Assembly: GCA_046314755.1 (NCBI GenBank) | Contig: JBKDBG010000077.1 | Location: 2,152 to 66,151 of the forward strand | Length of the DNA: 64,000 nt | From: Bacteroidota bacterium | Lineage (GTDB): Bacteria; Bacteroidota; Bacteroidia; UKL13-3 | Direction of reading: 5' to 3' | Part shown: positions 9,604-21,100 of the stretch, piece after piece | How the letters are laid out: every line of letters starts with the position of its first letter | Numbering within the stretch: the first letter of the stretch is position 1 | Program-made: the position numbers and the translations under genes | The notes under the pieces: model-generated | Database searches by the model: none | The model's input: the letters and a program-made list of their open reading frames with translations, nothing else | Told to the model about the DNA's origin: nothing

Positions 9604-9975
9604 GTGGAAAATCATAATCAACAATTTGGCAAGTTAGGCGAAGAGATAGCCGTAGAATATTTAGAGAAAAAGGGCTATAAGATATTATGCCGCAATTATA
9701 AATTCAGTAGGGTTGAAATTGATATTGTAACACAACATGAAAATGAAATTGTATTTGTGGAGGTTAAAACCCGAACCAGCGACCAAATGGCTTTTCCGGA
9801 GCAAGCAGTAGGTAAAGCTAAGCAGCGGAATATCAGGCTTGCAGCAGAAAATTTTATTGAAGAAAATCAAATGAACCTCCCTGCGCGTTTTGATATAATA
9901 GCAGTAATTAAAAACCAATATCGATTTGAGATAGAACATATAGAAGATGCGTTCTATCCTTTTGATGCACTTTAA
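9604..9975 (+). CDS. yraN: YraN family (UPF0102) PD-(D/E)XK endonuclease-like protein
   Basis: GKLGEEIAVEYLEKKGYKILCRNYKFSRVEIDIV...VFVEVKTR is the classic YraN pattern. GTG start. Confidence 0.8.
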   Translation: MENHNQQFGKLGEEIAVEYLEKKGYKILCRNYKFSRVEIDIVTQHENEIVFVEVKTRTSDQMAFPEQAVGKAKQRNIRLAAENFIEENQMNLPARFDIIAVIKNQYRFEIEHIEDAFYPFDAL

Positions 9976-9984
9976 AAAAATAAT

Positions 9985-11487
9985 ATGCAGAAAATAAACA
10001 CACTGGGAGCCTTAAAAAAATCGGGATATCAACCTAAAAGTGTAAAACAAGAAATGCGGGATAATTTGATTCATTGTTTACAACATGGCATCAACCCGTT
10101 TGAAAAAATTCAAGGTTATGACGATACCGTTTTACCTCAAATACACACCGCAATTTTATCAAAACACAATATGATTTTGTTGGGTTTACGCGGACAGGCA
10201 AAAACGCGAATCGCCCGATTAATGGTAAACCTTCTAGATGAGCATATACCCGTTGTTGCAGGAAGCGAAATCAATGATGACCCATTGGCCCCGTTAAGTA
10301 AATTTGCGGTTGATTTGGTGGCCGAAAAAGGTGATAACACGCCCATTGAATGGATTCATCGTAACCAACGATACACGGAGAAATTAGCTACACCTGATGT
10401 TACGGTGGCCGATTTAATTGGGGATATTGATCCCATTAAAGCAGCTTCTTTAAAATTAAGTTATGCTGATGAACGCGTGATACATTACGGATTAATTCCT
10501 CGTTCGCATCGTTGTATTTTTGTGATTAATGAATTGCCCGATTTACAAGCACGTATTCAAGTTTCCTTGTTCAATATTTTACAAGAGGGTGATTTGCAAA
10601 TTAGAGGTTTTAAACTTCGTTTGCCTTTGGATATTCAATTTGTATTTACGGCTAATCCGGAGGATTACACCAACCGTGGAAGTATCGTTACTCCGCTAAA
10701 AGACAGGATAGACAGCCAAATTCTTACACACTATCCTAAAAGTATTGAAACCTCATTGGCTATTACCAAACAAGAGGCTTTACTCAGTGAAGTGCAAAAA
10801 AACAACATTCAAATTCATGATATTTTGTTTGAGTTGATTGAGCAGGTTGCCATGGAAGCCAGAAAAAGTGAGCTGGTTGATCAAAAAAGTGGGGTGTCAG
10901 CTCGACTCACCATTAGTGCATTGGAAAATTTATACAGTTTTGCTGAACGTAGAATGTATTTAAGCGGTAAGGATAAAACGCATGCTCGTATACAAGATTT
11001 ATATGGTGCTGTGCCTGCTATTACGGGCAAGGTTGAATTGGTGTATGAAGGAGAATTAGAGGGCGCTCAAAATGTTGCATTAAACTTAATTGGCAAAGCC
11101 ATAAGGAGTACATTTGAAGCTCGCTTTCCAAATCCCGAAAAGGCAAAAAAATCAAAGCAAGCAAATCCGTATGCTAAAATCATACAATGGTTTAACGAAG
11201 GGAATGTTTGTAAAATCAGCTCAACAGCTGATTCAAAAGGATATGAGGCTGAGCTAATGCAAGTTGACGGTTTAAAAGATTTTGTTCAGCATCATCTAGG
11301 TAAATCATCAAAAGATGAATTATTATTGATGATGGAATATGTGTTGCATGGTTTATCGGAGTTTAGTCAGTTAAGTAAGTTTAATGATATTACCGGGCCG
11401 GTATTTAAGGACATAATGAGCGGAATGTTTAATGCGGGTGGTGACTCTGACGATACTGACTTTGGCGGTTATTATGAAAATAGGTAG
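9985..11487 (+). CDS. AAA+ ATPase of the Mg-chelatase ChlI / sigma-54-interaction-domain type
   Basis: P-loop-like LLGLRGQAKT, Walker-B-like RCIFVINELPDL, and a following FVFTANPEDYTNRGSIVTPLKDR segment. 500 aa. Confidence 0.6.
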   Translation: MQKINTLGALKKSGYQPKSVKQEMRDNLIHCLQHGINPFEKIQGYDDTVLPQIHTAILSKHNMILLGLRGQAKTRIARLMVNLLDEHIPVVAGSEINDDPLAPLSKFAVDLVAEKGDNTPIEWIHRNQRYTEKLATPDVTVADLIGDIDPIKAASLKLSYADERVIHYGLIPRSHRCIFVINELPDLQARIQVSLFNILQEGDLQIRGFKLRLPLDIQFVFTANPEDYTNRGSIVTPLKDRIDSQILTHYPKSIETSLAITKQEALLSEVQKNNIQIHDILFELIEQVAMEARKSELVDQKSGVSARLTISALENLYSFAERRMYLSGKDKTHARIQDLYGAVPAITGKVELVYEGELEGAQNVALNLIGKAIRSTFEARFPNPEKAKKSKQANPYAKIIQWFNEGNVCKISSTADSKGYEAELMQVDGLKDFVQHHLGKSSKDELLLMMEYVLHGLSEFSQLSKFNDITGPVFKDIMSGMFNAGGDSDDTDFGGYYENR

Positions 11488-11626
11488 AAAGTTAAAGGCG
11501 TTTTTATATTACTCAATTCTTATAGGCTACTTTGTTGGCTTGTTTTACCTTTGGCGTGATTTTAAGCGTAAAGCACAAAAGAAGGAGCAGGGTGGAAGTG
11601 AAATTATTATTGAGAAGATAGAATAA
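11474..11626 (+). CDS. Possible small membrane protein (50 aa)
   Basis: MKIGRKLKAFLYYSILIGYFVGLFYLWRDFKRKAQKKEQGG... has one TM helix. It overlaps the ATPase stop by 14 nt and is followed directly by a terminator. Confidence 0.3.
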   Translation: MKIGRKLKAFLYYSILIGYFVGLFYLWRDFKRKAQKKEQGGSEIIIEKIE

Positions 11627-11653
11627 AAAAAGCCGCATTTGCGGCTTTTTTTA
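11624..11653. terminator. Bidirectional rho-independent terminator
   Basis: A-run, stem AGCCGC/GCGGCT with a 4-nt loop, then a T-run. It sits between convergent genes. Confidence 0.75.
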
Positions 11654-11670
11654 TTCGTAGTTGATTTGAT

Positions 11671-12585
11671 TTATGCAGTGGCTTTTGCGGCACTAATTTT
11701 TGCAAATTGTGACGATACCACAAGCTCTTTACTTCCCGGTGTGTATTTGTAAAAACCTTCACCTGATTTAACGCCTAAATTTCCGGCTGTAACCATGTTT
11801 ACTAAAAGCGGACAAGGAGCATATTTAGGGTTTCCGAATCCATCATGTAATACGTTTAATATGGCAAGACATACGTCTAATCCAATAAAATCAGCCAATT
11901 GTAATGGTCCCATCGGATGAGCCATTCCTAATTTCATTACGGTATCAATCTCTTCTACACCACCAACACCTTCATGCAAACTAATAATGGCTTCATTAAT
12001 CATAGGCATTAAAATACGGTTGGCAATAAAGCCCGGATAATCGTTACTGGCAGCAGGTACTTTGCCAATTGATTTACTCAATTCAATAATGTTTGAAGTT
12101 ACTTCGGCAGAAGTTTTGTATCCGTTAATTACTTCAACAAGTTTCATTACAGGTACAGGATTCATAAAGTGCATTCCAATAACTTTATCTGCACGTTTGG
12201 TAACTGAAGCAATTTTAGTGATTGAAATTGAAGAAGTGTTTGAAGCTAAAATACAATGTGCCGGAGCGGCTTCATCTAATTGCCTAAAAATTTCAAGCTT
12301 TATGTTCATGTTTTCGGTTGCAGCTTCCACTACCAAATCAGCGTTTGCAACCGCTTCTTTCATATTTGTAAAAGTAGTGATGTTGCTTAAAGCTTGTGTT
12401 TTTAATTCTTCGGTGAGTTGGCCTTTCGTAACCTGGCGGTCGAGATTTTTAGCGATAGTATCCAATGCTTTTTTCAAAGCATTTTCATTTACGTCAACCA
12501 AATTAACTTTGTAGTTGTTTTGAGCAAAAACGTGTGCAATACCATTGCCCATAGTTCCTGATCCAATAACTGTAATGTTTTTCAT
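11671..12585 (-). CDS. hbd: 3-hydroxybutyryl-CoA / 3-hydroxyacyl-CoA dehydrogenase
   Basis: Rossmann N-terminus MKNITVIGSGTMGNGIAHVFA and the 3HCDH C-terminal domain (GFIANRILMPMINEA...MGPLQLADFIGLD). The start is taken at Met26 of the track ORF. Confidence 0.85.
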   Translation of the reverse strand: MKNITVIGSGTMGNGIAHVFAQNNYKVNLVDVNENALKKALDTIAKNLDRQVTKGQLTEELKTQALSNITTFTNMKEAVANADLVVEAATENMNIKLEIFRQLDEAAPAHCILASNTSSISITKIASVTKRADKVIGMHFMNPVPVMKLVEVINGYKTSAEVTSNIIELSKSIGKVPAASNDYPGFIANRILMPMINEAIISLHEGVGGVEEIDTVMKLGMAHPMGPLQLADFIGLDVCLAILNVLHDGFGNPKYAPCPLLVNMVTAGNLGVKSGEGFYKYTPGSKELVVSSQFAKISAAKATA

Positions 12586-12631
12586 GTGTGTGTATTTTTT
12601 ATTTATTTGATAATTTACATTGAATTGCGCG

Positions 12632-12639
12632 CAAATGTA
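12632..12639 (-). promoter_or_regulatory. Candidate -7 promoter box TACATTTG (minus strand)
   Basis: Exact TAnnTTTG match about 47 nt upstream of the hbd ATG at 12585. Confidence 0.35.
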
Positions 12640-12676
12640 GTAATGCCATTTAAAAATCAAAGCATCATAAGCAGAA

Positions 12677-15031
12677 CTATTCTATCACAAACTTTTTATT
12701 ATATATTGCTTTCTTTGTTTTAACCTGAACAAAATAAGTTCCCGGAGTGAGCTTAGAGGTGTCAAGTTCTAACAAATTGTTACTTCGTTCAATGGTTTGA
12801 TTTTTCACCTGAATGCCTGCAATGTTCGTGATGCTTACTTCAACGGAATGATTAAGGTTTTCCTCCGGAATGCATAGGCTAAGTTTGCTACTAACCGGGT
12901 TCGGAAAAAGTTTTAAACCGTCAATTTCTTCCTTCAATTTAGTGGGGGTTAAACCAACCACTGATTTGTCGCGAACACCAAAGGTATAATCACCAGTTTT
13001 AAATTGAGTAAGCCAAAATCTCCCCATTTTATCTCTGGGGTTTCCACCCGGTTGATAAGTAACATTCGAGGTGATGATTTCCCAAGCACTATTTTCGTCC
13101 ATCCTGTAAAGCAAAACTAGGCTGTCTTCGGTGTTTGAAAATTTGAATATTTCAGAATCTGTAAAATTTGTAGAGCCGTCATAATTAAAAAAAGCCCAAG
13201 CACTAAAACCTTGCGGTAAAAAGCCTCTAATTTGCCAATACCTATCGGTGCTCACTCTAATTCCGGTTTGATTGAAGCTGCCAAACGTAGGCCCAACCCA
13301 ATGGTGTAGAACAGTTAATAGAGCAGAATCACCGGGGTTAATGGTTTGCACATTGATGCCGAACAAGGTATTGTTTGTGCTTCTTGCTCCTCGACTTTTA
13401 AGGGTTATATTTTCATAGGAATTAGCAAAGAGGAATTGTTCGTTTTTATCAAAAGTAAAGTAACTAATTGCTTGTGTATCATTAATCAATAAGTTACCAA
13501 TTCCGTTGGTTAACTCCAATTGATAATTTTGTGTTGTACCATTTTTAAAGTGAATGGTTACGTCTGTTTTTACAATCGAAGGTAAAGCTGTTTTTAATTT
13601 GCTGCGTAAAGCAAACAGACAACGGGTTTTAGTATTATCAATTTGTGTTCCGGTAGGTACCACATCATAATGCCCGGGTTGGTAAATATATTGATTGAAG
13701 AAAAAAGTTAAATCAGCATTGGTAAAAGCCTGGAATTCATTTTTAAGAATTTCGGAGTTGATGTTTTTAAATTTATATTTGATTAAGATGGCTTTACAAG
13801 CGGCAAAAAAAGCACTGTCACCCATGGTATTTCTAAGAAGGTGAGTCATTAATGCTCCTTTTTTATACACCGTTGTTCCGTAAGTGTTTTGATGTTGCAC
13901 CCCGCTTACGGCAAGGTGTCCTTTATCATCGGCAGCTGCCGATAGCAGCACTTCCAGTTTTTTACTGATGATTTCATTGTTATACGATGTTTTTCCATGA
14001 ACACATTCTAAAAATAAAGCCTCACAAAAACTTGCCCAACCTTCGTTCAGCCACATATCTTCTGCTGTTTCACAGGTTACATCATTGCCCCACCAATGGT
14101 GCGATAATTCATGAGCCATTAACGTTTCATAGTTTTCTGGGTTTCCGGTGTTAATGGCATATAACGGATAAGCAATGCTCATGGCATGCTCCATGGCCCC
14201 TGCATTAAATGGCACGCCAACGTAACCAATTCGATCAAAAACGTAAGGTCCAAATTTTTCTTCAAAACAGTCCACAGCCTCATTTAATCTTTCAAATGCA
14301 GCCTTGGCAGCCAAAGTGTCTTTAGCTTCAACAGCAATAATGGAAGGAATCGGACTGTTGATTCCTGAAATTGATGAATGAAGCAAGGCATATTTCCCAA
14401 TGGCTATTCCTACCAAATAGGTTGGAATGGGTTGATTCACTTTCCAATGAAAGTAACCTAAACTATCGGTGAGAATTGAATCGGCTTGAAGCACTCCGCT
14501 GCAAATTGCATTAAATGATTTAGGCGTAACCACTAGGATGTCGTACAAAGCCTTATCCGTGAAGTTATCATTGCATGGAAACCAAGCTCTTCCAAAGTTA
14601 TGTGGTTTAGAACTGAAGCCAACCCCCATATTAAAAGCGTAAGGATTACTCAAGTAAAATCCACCCCAGGTGTCATCTTTTGCCGGTTGTCCCGAATAAT
14701 GAATATGAACAATTAAAGTATCAATCGTTTTTGTCCCTTCAGGAATGTTGATAATTATAGTAGAATCAGACTTGGAAAATGAGGTGTAAAAATCATTGAT
14801 AAGAATACTATCTACGTTAAATCCCTGTAAGTCAAGTTTAATTGTAGATTGGTTATGATTGGTTAGCGTTATTGTTGAACTTGCTACTAATCCATGACTA
14901 AAAATTCTAGAAGCATCAAGGCTGATTTTATAATGCAAAATGTCGGTGCTTTGTCCTTTTAAATCGGTTGTTGGTGTAAAAAATAATACAATCCATAAAA
15001 ATGCGACAAAGTATGGTGGAAAAACTCTCAT
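12677..15031 (-). CDS. M1 family zinc aminopeptidase with T9SS C-terminal sorting domain
   Basis: GAMEH exopeptidase motif (NAGAMEHA). Zinc motif HELSHHWWG followed by WLNEGWASF. CTD: LKLFPNPVSSKLSL...GTYFVQVKTKKAIYNKKFVIE. The start could be 15031 (MRVFPPYF...) or 15061. Confidence 0.85.
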   Translation of the reverse strand: MRVFPPYFVAFLWIVLFFTPTTDLKGQSTDILHYKISLDASRIFSHGLVASSTITLTNHNQSTIKLDLQGFNVDSILINDFYTSFSKSDSTIIINIPEGTKTIDTLIVHIHYSGQPAKDDTWGGFYLSNPYAFNMGVGFSSKPHNFGRAWFPCNDNFTDKALYDILVVTPKSFNAICSGVLQADSILTDSLGYFHWKVNQPIPTYLVGIAIGKYALLHSSISGINSPIPSIIAVEAKDTLAAKAAFERLNEAVDCFEEKFGPYVFDRIGYVGVPFNAGAMEHAMSIAYPLYAINTGNPENYETLMAHELSHHWWGNDVTCETAEDMWLNEGWASFCEALFLECVHGKTSYNNEIISKKLEVLLSAAADDKGHLAVSGVQHQNTYGTTVYKKGALMTHLLRNTMGDSAFFAACKAILIKYKFKNINSEILKNEFQAFTNADLTFFFNQYIYQPGHYDVVPTGTQIDNTKTRCLFALRSKLKTALPSIVKTDVTIHFKNGTTQNYQLELTNGIGNLLINDTQAISYFTFDKNEQFLFANSYENITLKSRGARSTNNTLFGINVQTINPGDSALLTVLHHWVGPTFGSFNQTGIRVSTDRYWQIRGFLPQGFSAWAFFNYDGSTNFTDSEIFKFSNTEDSLVLLYRMDENSAWEIITSNVTYQPGGNPRDKMGRFWLTQFKTGDYTFGVRDKSVVGLTPTKLKEEIDGLKLFPNPVSSKLSLCIPEENLNHSVEVSITNIAGIQVKNQTIERSNNLLELDTSKLTPGTYFVQVKTKKAIYNKKFVIE

Positions 15032-15158
15032 AAAGTTGATAATAGAGGTTTGTACATTCAATAATATGTGCTAAAATTGTAAATAGCAAAAATGCGACAA
15101 AATGTATATTAAATATATGCCCCAAACCTTATCTATGAAAATTAATTTACAATACCTT

Positions 15159-18100
15159 ATGAATATTAAACGTTCTACAATTCGTTCGTTAACAATCTTA
15201 TGGTTGATTATCGGTTACTTTAGCAATGGATTTGCTCAAAGTATCAGCAACTATCAATTAACTACTAATTCGACAGCCTCCTTGAACAGAACCAAGGGGA
15301 GTTTGGTTGATGATATTGATATGAATGTTGGAACTACCATCTTAATTGGTGGTAGCCAAGTAAATGTATTTGGGCCAACAGCACCTTCCATTCCTTTTAT
15401 TGGTTTTGATTTTTATATCAATGGTATTCGTCATACCCAATTTAATGTTACCAGTAATGGTTGGGTAACAATAGGCGGAACAGTAACACCTGCAACTACT
15501 TTTAATTCAGGTGCCGGTATTCGTATGAGTCCGTTTTTAACAGGCGCAACGGTAATGGGCACAAGTTCCATTGGTAGAGTGCATTCAAAAGTTGTTGGAG
15601 CACAACCGAATCGCGTATTGGTTGTAGAATTCTTGAGAATGGCCATTAATTCTTCCGTTGTGAATGATACCAATACTTTCCAGGTGAGATTATATGAAAA
15701 TGACGGTTCAATAGAGTTTGTGTATGGAAGAATGGAAGTTGGTGCCGGTGCGCCAATTTCATACAATGTGGGTTTCCAGTTTACTTCAGGTACTTTTCAA
15801 CATGTAAATACTACAACGAATTTGTCTTCAACTTCAGTGTCTACAGCCAATGTAGCCGCTTCCACAGGTCCCATTGCAGGTTTAAGCAATCGGAATCCGG
15901 GTTCTCAATTCGCCTATTTGTGGACTCCTAATCAAATATCCGATCCTCAGCCGGTTTCAATAACAAATATTACAACAACAGGCATGACAGTGAATTGGGC
16001 AAATGTGGCAAACGAAGTGGGTTACGCCTTATATAGAAGTACAGATGGTGGGGTTACCTATTCATTTGTGACTTCGGGTTTGCCTGGAGGCTTATTTGCA
16101 GCAAACACTACCTCCTTTAATGCGACAGGGTTGATAGCAAGTACAACTTATGATTGGAGAGTTTATGCGATAAGAGAAAGCGTGTCACAACCTGCAGATG
16201 GAACAGCTACAACTTCTGCAGCTACAAGATTTTTTACAACTTCAAGTGGTCTTTGGAGTGATCCTGCCATATGGAACACACTTGCTGTACCTAGCGGTGC
16301 CGATACTGCCGAAATATCAACCGGACATACGGTTGAGTTGGACGCTGCCTCTATATCTTCAGGAACATTAATTGTTAATGGAACGCTTAATTACTGGAAT
16401 TCAACCACACAACAAACATTAACCGTAAACGGTGATTTAATCATTAATACTGGCGCTGCGCTATCTGCCGGGATAGGATCAGGGCCCCCTGCTTTAACAG
16501 GGCCGCATATTTTAAATGTAGGAGGAAACGCATCAACCAGCATTTTTAGTGGAAACGTTATTGTAGATGGGTCTTTGAATTTACAAACCACTGCAAGTGT
16601 ACAACTAAGATTGAACGGAACTAGTAATTCAACCGTAAGCGGAAATGGTGCTACTTGTGCTATTCCATTTATTCAAGTAAACAAGGGTGGTTCACCTGTT
16701 AATATTGATAATACAGTTGAGTTTTTAAGAATATTTACACAACCGAATACGGCCAGTATTTATGCCAATACTCAAAGATTCCAAGTGTTATCCGGCACAT
16801 TAAAGTTGTCTGCAGCGATTGTTACTAATTCAATTCATAACAATACTGTTCAGTTGTTCAATACAACTTTGGGATTTAATTCTCGCCTATGGTTAAATCA
16901 TACAGGTATTAACATCGGTATGATTCCAACCGCAACCAATCAAGGTACATTGAATATTTCCAATGGAGAATTATTGATTACCAATGGTACACTTACTTTA
17001 GGAACCGGTGGGAATAACCATAGTATTGTTCAGAATGTTCGAATCAAATTAGATGGAGGTAACCTAAACCTATTTGGTAGTTTAAATGTAACTAGTATAG
17101 CAACTGCAGAATTAGAGGTAAATGGTGGATTGTTAAGTATTGACCCTCAGGCCACCCAAAATGTTAATAATTTCACTACCTTATTAAACATTGGTGCCTC
17201 ATCAAGATTTGTTTTCACCGGAGGCGAAATTCAAATAGTTGATCCCCATTCAGCAGCGGTATTCAACGCTACCTTTAATTCTATAAATATTCCAACAGGA
17301 GGTATTAAATCGGTAACAGGAGGAAAGTTTGTGATTGGTAATGGCGCAACTGCTCCAAGTGGAGGCACCGTTTCTACACTTTCTGGATTTAGTTTGAATA
17401 TACAGATTCCAATCCATAGGTTGGAGTTAAGAAATGATACAACAATTAATCCTTCGCGTTACTGTAGACTTGCCGCTGATTTAACGATCAATGATAGTTT
17501 AATCTTGGGAACAAATTCGTATTTAAGAACAGCAAGCGCATTAGGTTTTAATTTAAATGTGAATGGAGCGGTATTGAATAACGGTAGAATTTCAGGTGTA
17601 TTGCCACAATCAACAACACCTACGGCATTAGGAGCTATTAATTTTACAGGAACCTCATCTCAAACCGTTACCGGAACAGGTAGTGCTACTGTTTTAGTTA
17701 CCCGCGTTGCAAATTCTAGTGGTGTTACTTTTAACAATACAGGAACTTGGGCACATGAGCGCTTCACGCTTGAGCTAGGGAATGTAACTAATGCCATTAA
17801 TTCAATTGCTATTGGTGGCTTCAACTACAGGGGTAATATTGTTATTGGTGGGTTAAATGAAACAACTGCATCGGGTTCGTTCTCAACTTTACCAACTATT
17901 ATTACAACAGGAGGTTTACCAAATTATTCCTATGGTCCATCATCAACAGCATTAACAATGGGTAGTGCCAATGAAATGGCATCCGGTTCATTAAATGCAA
18001 ATACTTTGACAATTAATGATGCTCAGGGAGTAACTTCTAATAGAAACATCAATGTACAAATTCTAAATTTAACTTTAGGGAATTTAAATGTAGCCAATAA

Positions 18101-21100
18101 TAATTTAACCATAGGAACAAGTGCTGCTAATCCCGGCTCACTAACTCGCAGCAGCGGTTTTGTTCAACTTGGAAATTCTGGTCAATTTACCAGATGGTTT
18201 GCAATTGGAGCAAGCCCGGCATTTGAATATACTACTGGTTTTCCATTGGCTACCAGTTCAAGTGAGCGAAGTGTATTGTGGAGCTTAAATGGCGGTACCT
18301 TAACAGGTGGCGGTAATCTTACTGTTCGTCATAATAATATAATTGGAATTACAGATTTATCGCCTTCTTTTAGTGATGGCGGGATTACCATCAATAGGAG
18401 AACCAATGCTTTTTGGTCAATTAGTTCTTCTACCGCAGGTTCATTTAATGTAGGAACCTCTAACTTATCATTAAGAATTATTGGTGCCGGAACAGGAGCT
18501 GTAACTAATGCAACTGAATTGCAATTGATTAAGCAAAATGGAGTTGCTGGTGGTACAGCTGTTGTTAGTGCCGGAACCAATGCAAGACCTGAACTGAATA
18601 GAGATTTCTCTCAGGCCAATATTACAGGTGGTGCTTTATTTGATGATTTTTACATTGGCGCTAACTCAGCTATTAATCCATTATCACCTACCATTATTGC
18701 CATTCAAACAGGAAATTGGAATGACCCTGCAACTTGGGAGGGAAATGTAGTGCCGACTGTGAGTAACTTTGCGACCATTGCGTCAGGTGTTACAGTTACA
18801 ATTCCTGCATCTGTAACTGCGGCTTGTAATGGTTTAAACATACAAGCAGGAGCTACTCTTAATGCGAATTCAGGAACTCTAAATAGTGCTAACGCCATAT
18901 TGTTGGATGGTACGCTTAATGCTGCAGGTACTTCGGTGAATGTTTTAGCACCTGCTTTAAATGGTTTAAATATTGGTGCATCAGGTATTCTAAATCTAAG
19001 TGGTGGTACATTTAATATAGGTACAACTGGCGGTGGAAATAATACAATGGCCGTTTCAGGTGGTTTAAACATTTCTGGAGGAGCACTTACAATTAACGGA
19101 AATGTTACTTTAACATCAACCTCTTCATTCAGCCAAAGTGGAGGAGATTTTAATATTGACCCTAACTCGGGTACTTCAACCACCTCAGTAGCTCAAGGCA
19201 CGCATAGTTTACTCATACAAACAAGCAATGTAACTTGTACCAATGGAACAATTACAATTATTGATCCTCCGCATAATTCAATTGCCTTATCAACAACAAA
19301 TTCATTAAGAATAGCGGTTTCAACAGGTTCATTATCGGCATTTTCAGGTACTCATACCATAAGATTAGGCAATGGTACCAGTACAGAAACGGGCAATACC
19401 AATGGTTTTTCAATTAATACCAGAGCAAGTTCAGGTATTGTTCCTTTACAAAATGTAAGAGTAAGCGGAGGAAACGCAACAGGAAGATGGACATCAAGCA
19501 GTTATACGGGAACTCAAGGTACCTACATTAAAGGTAATTTAACAATAGATGTTGGAAGTGAGTTTAGGCACACGTCTGCTGCACCTTGTGCAATCGGAGG
19601 AAATATTATCAATAATGGAACTTTAACCGTTTCAACCGGAACTGTTGGTTCATTTATTCTTGGTACGGATGGTAATTATCCATTATCAAACGCTCAGGAT
19701 ATCTCAGGCACGGGTATCTTTAGAAATAATTTAATTACATCAACAGGCGCTTTCACTCATTTATTTGTAAACAATGGAGTAGGGTTAACCTTATCAACAA
19801 CAAACACAGTCTTTACTGTTACCGGAACATTTAGAATTGATGCACTAAGAATCACAACTAATACCAATACAATCGGTTTAGGAGCATCATCAACATTTAC
19901 ACGGACTTCTGGTTATATTGTCGGTAATTTGGCCAAAAACTTTACTATCGGGTCTAATATTAGCAGGGTATTTGAAATTGGTAATGCAACAAATTTCTTA
20001 CCTGTGAATGTAACCATGAATCAGGTTACTACTGCAGGTTCAATCTCAGTTGGATTAAATACCGGTGATCATCCTACCCTCTCAACTTCTTGTATCAATC
20101 CAACTAAATCAATCAATAATTTTTGGAAGGTAACTAATCTTGGAGTTGTAACTACAGCATCAGGTGGAACATATGTATTCAACTTTTTAACTTCTGATGT
20201 TGACCCATCAACCAACTTAAACAACGCCAAATTATTCAGTTATAGTGGCACGGATTGGTTGGCAGGTTTAAACCCGACATCAACCAGTTCAACCAGTTTT
20301 ACTGTAAATAACTTAAACAATTTTGGTGATATCGCAATAGGTGAGATCAATCCAATACCAACTTCTGTAACGATTAATGCAACCTCAACAGATATCTGCG
20401 TAGGTTCATCAGTTACATTTACAGCAAATGTTACTAATGGTGGTGCTGCTCCTACCTACCAATGGAAATTGAATGGAACGAATATTGGAGGGGCTACAGC
20501 ATCAACGTATGTAACTACAACATTAAATAACCAAGATACCATCACATGTGATATTGTATCTAATAATCCATGTGTGGTTGTTACCAATGCTACTTCAAAT
20601 AAAATTGGAATAAAAGTGAGTCCGTTGACAGTAGGTGGATTGGTTTCCTCTGCAGCAACAATCTGTTCAGGCAGCACAAGTGGAGTTTTAACATTAAGCG
20701 GACACACAGGTGACGTGGTTCGTTGGGAAAGTTCAACTAGTCCAACATTTACAACAATAACATCTATAGCCAATACAAACACAACCTACACATCTGGACC
20801 ACTTACAACAACAACTTATTTTAGAGCAGTAGTAAAAAGCGGAGCGTGTGCAGAGGCAAATTCGGCATCAGTACTAATTACAGTCGATCCAACTTCGGTA
20901 GGAGGAACCGTTAGTGCTAATCAAGCCATTTGTGCAGGTGGAACAATTGCAGCATTAACCATTTCAGGAAATACTGGAAATGTGACTACTTGGCAAAGTT
21001 CAACGGATGCCGGATTTACATCTCCAACTAATATTGCCGGAACTGCTGGATTAACCAGTTTTACACCGACAGGTGTAACCAGCACTACCTTCTACCGTGC

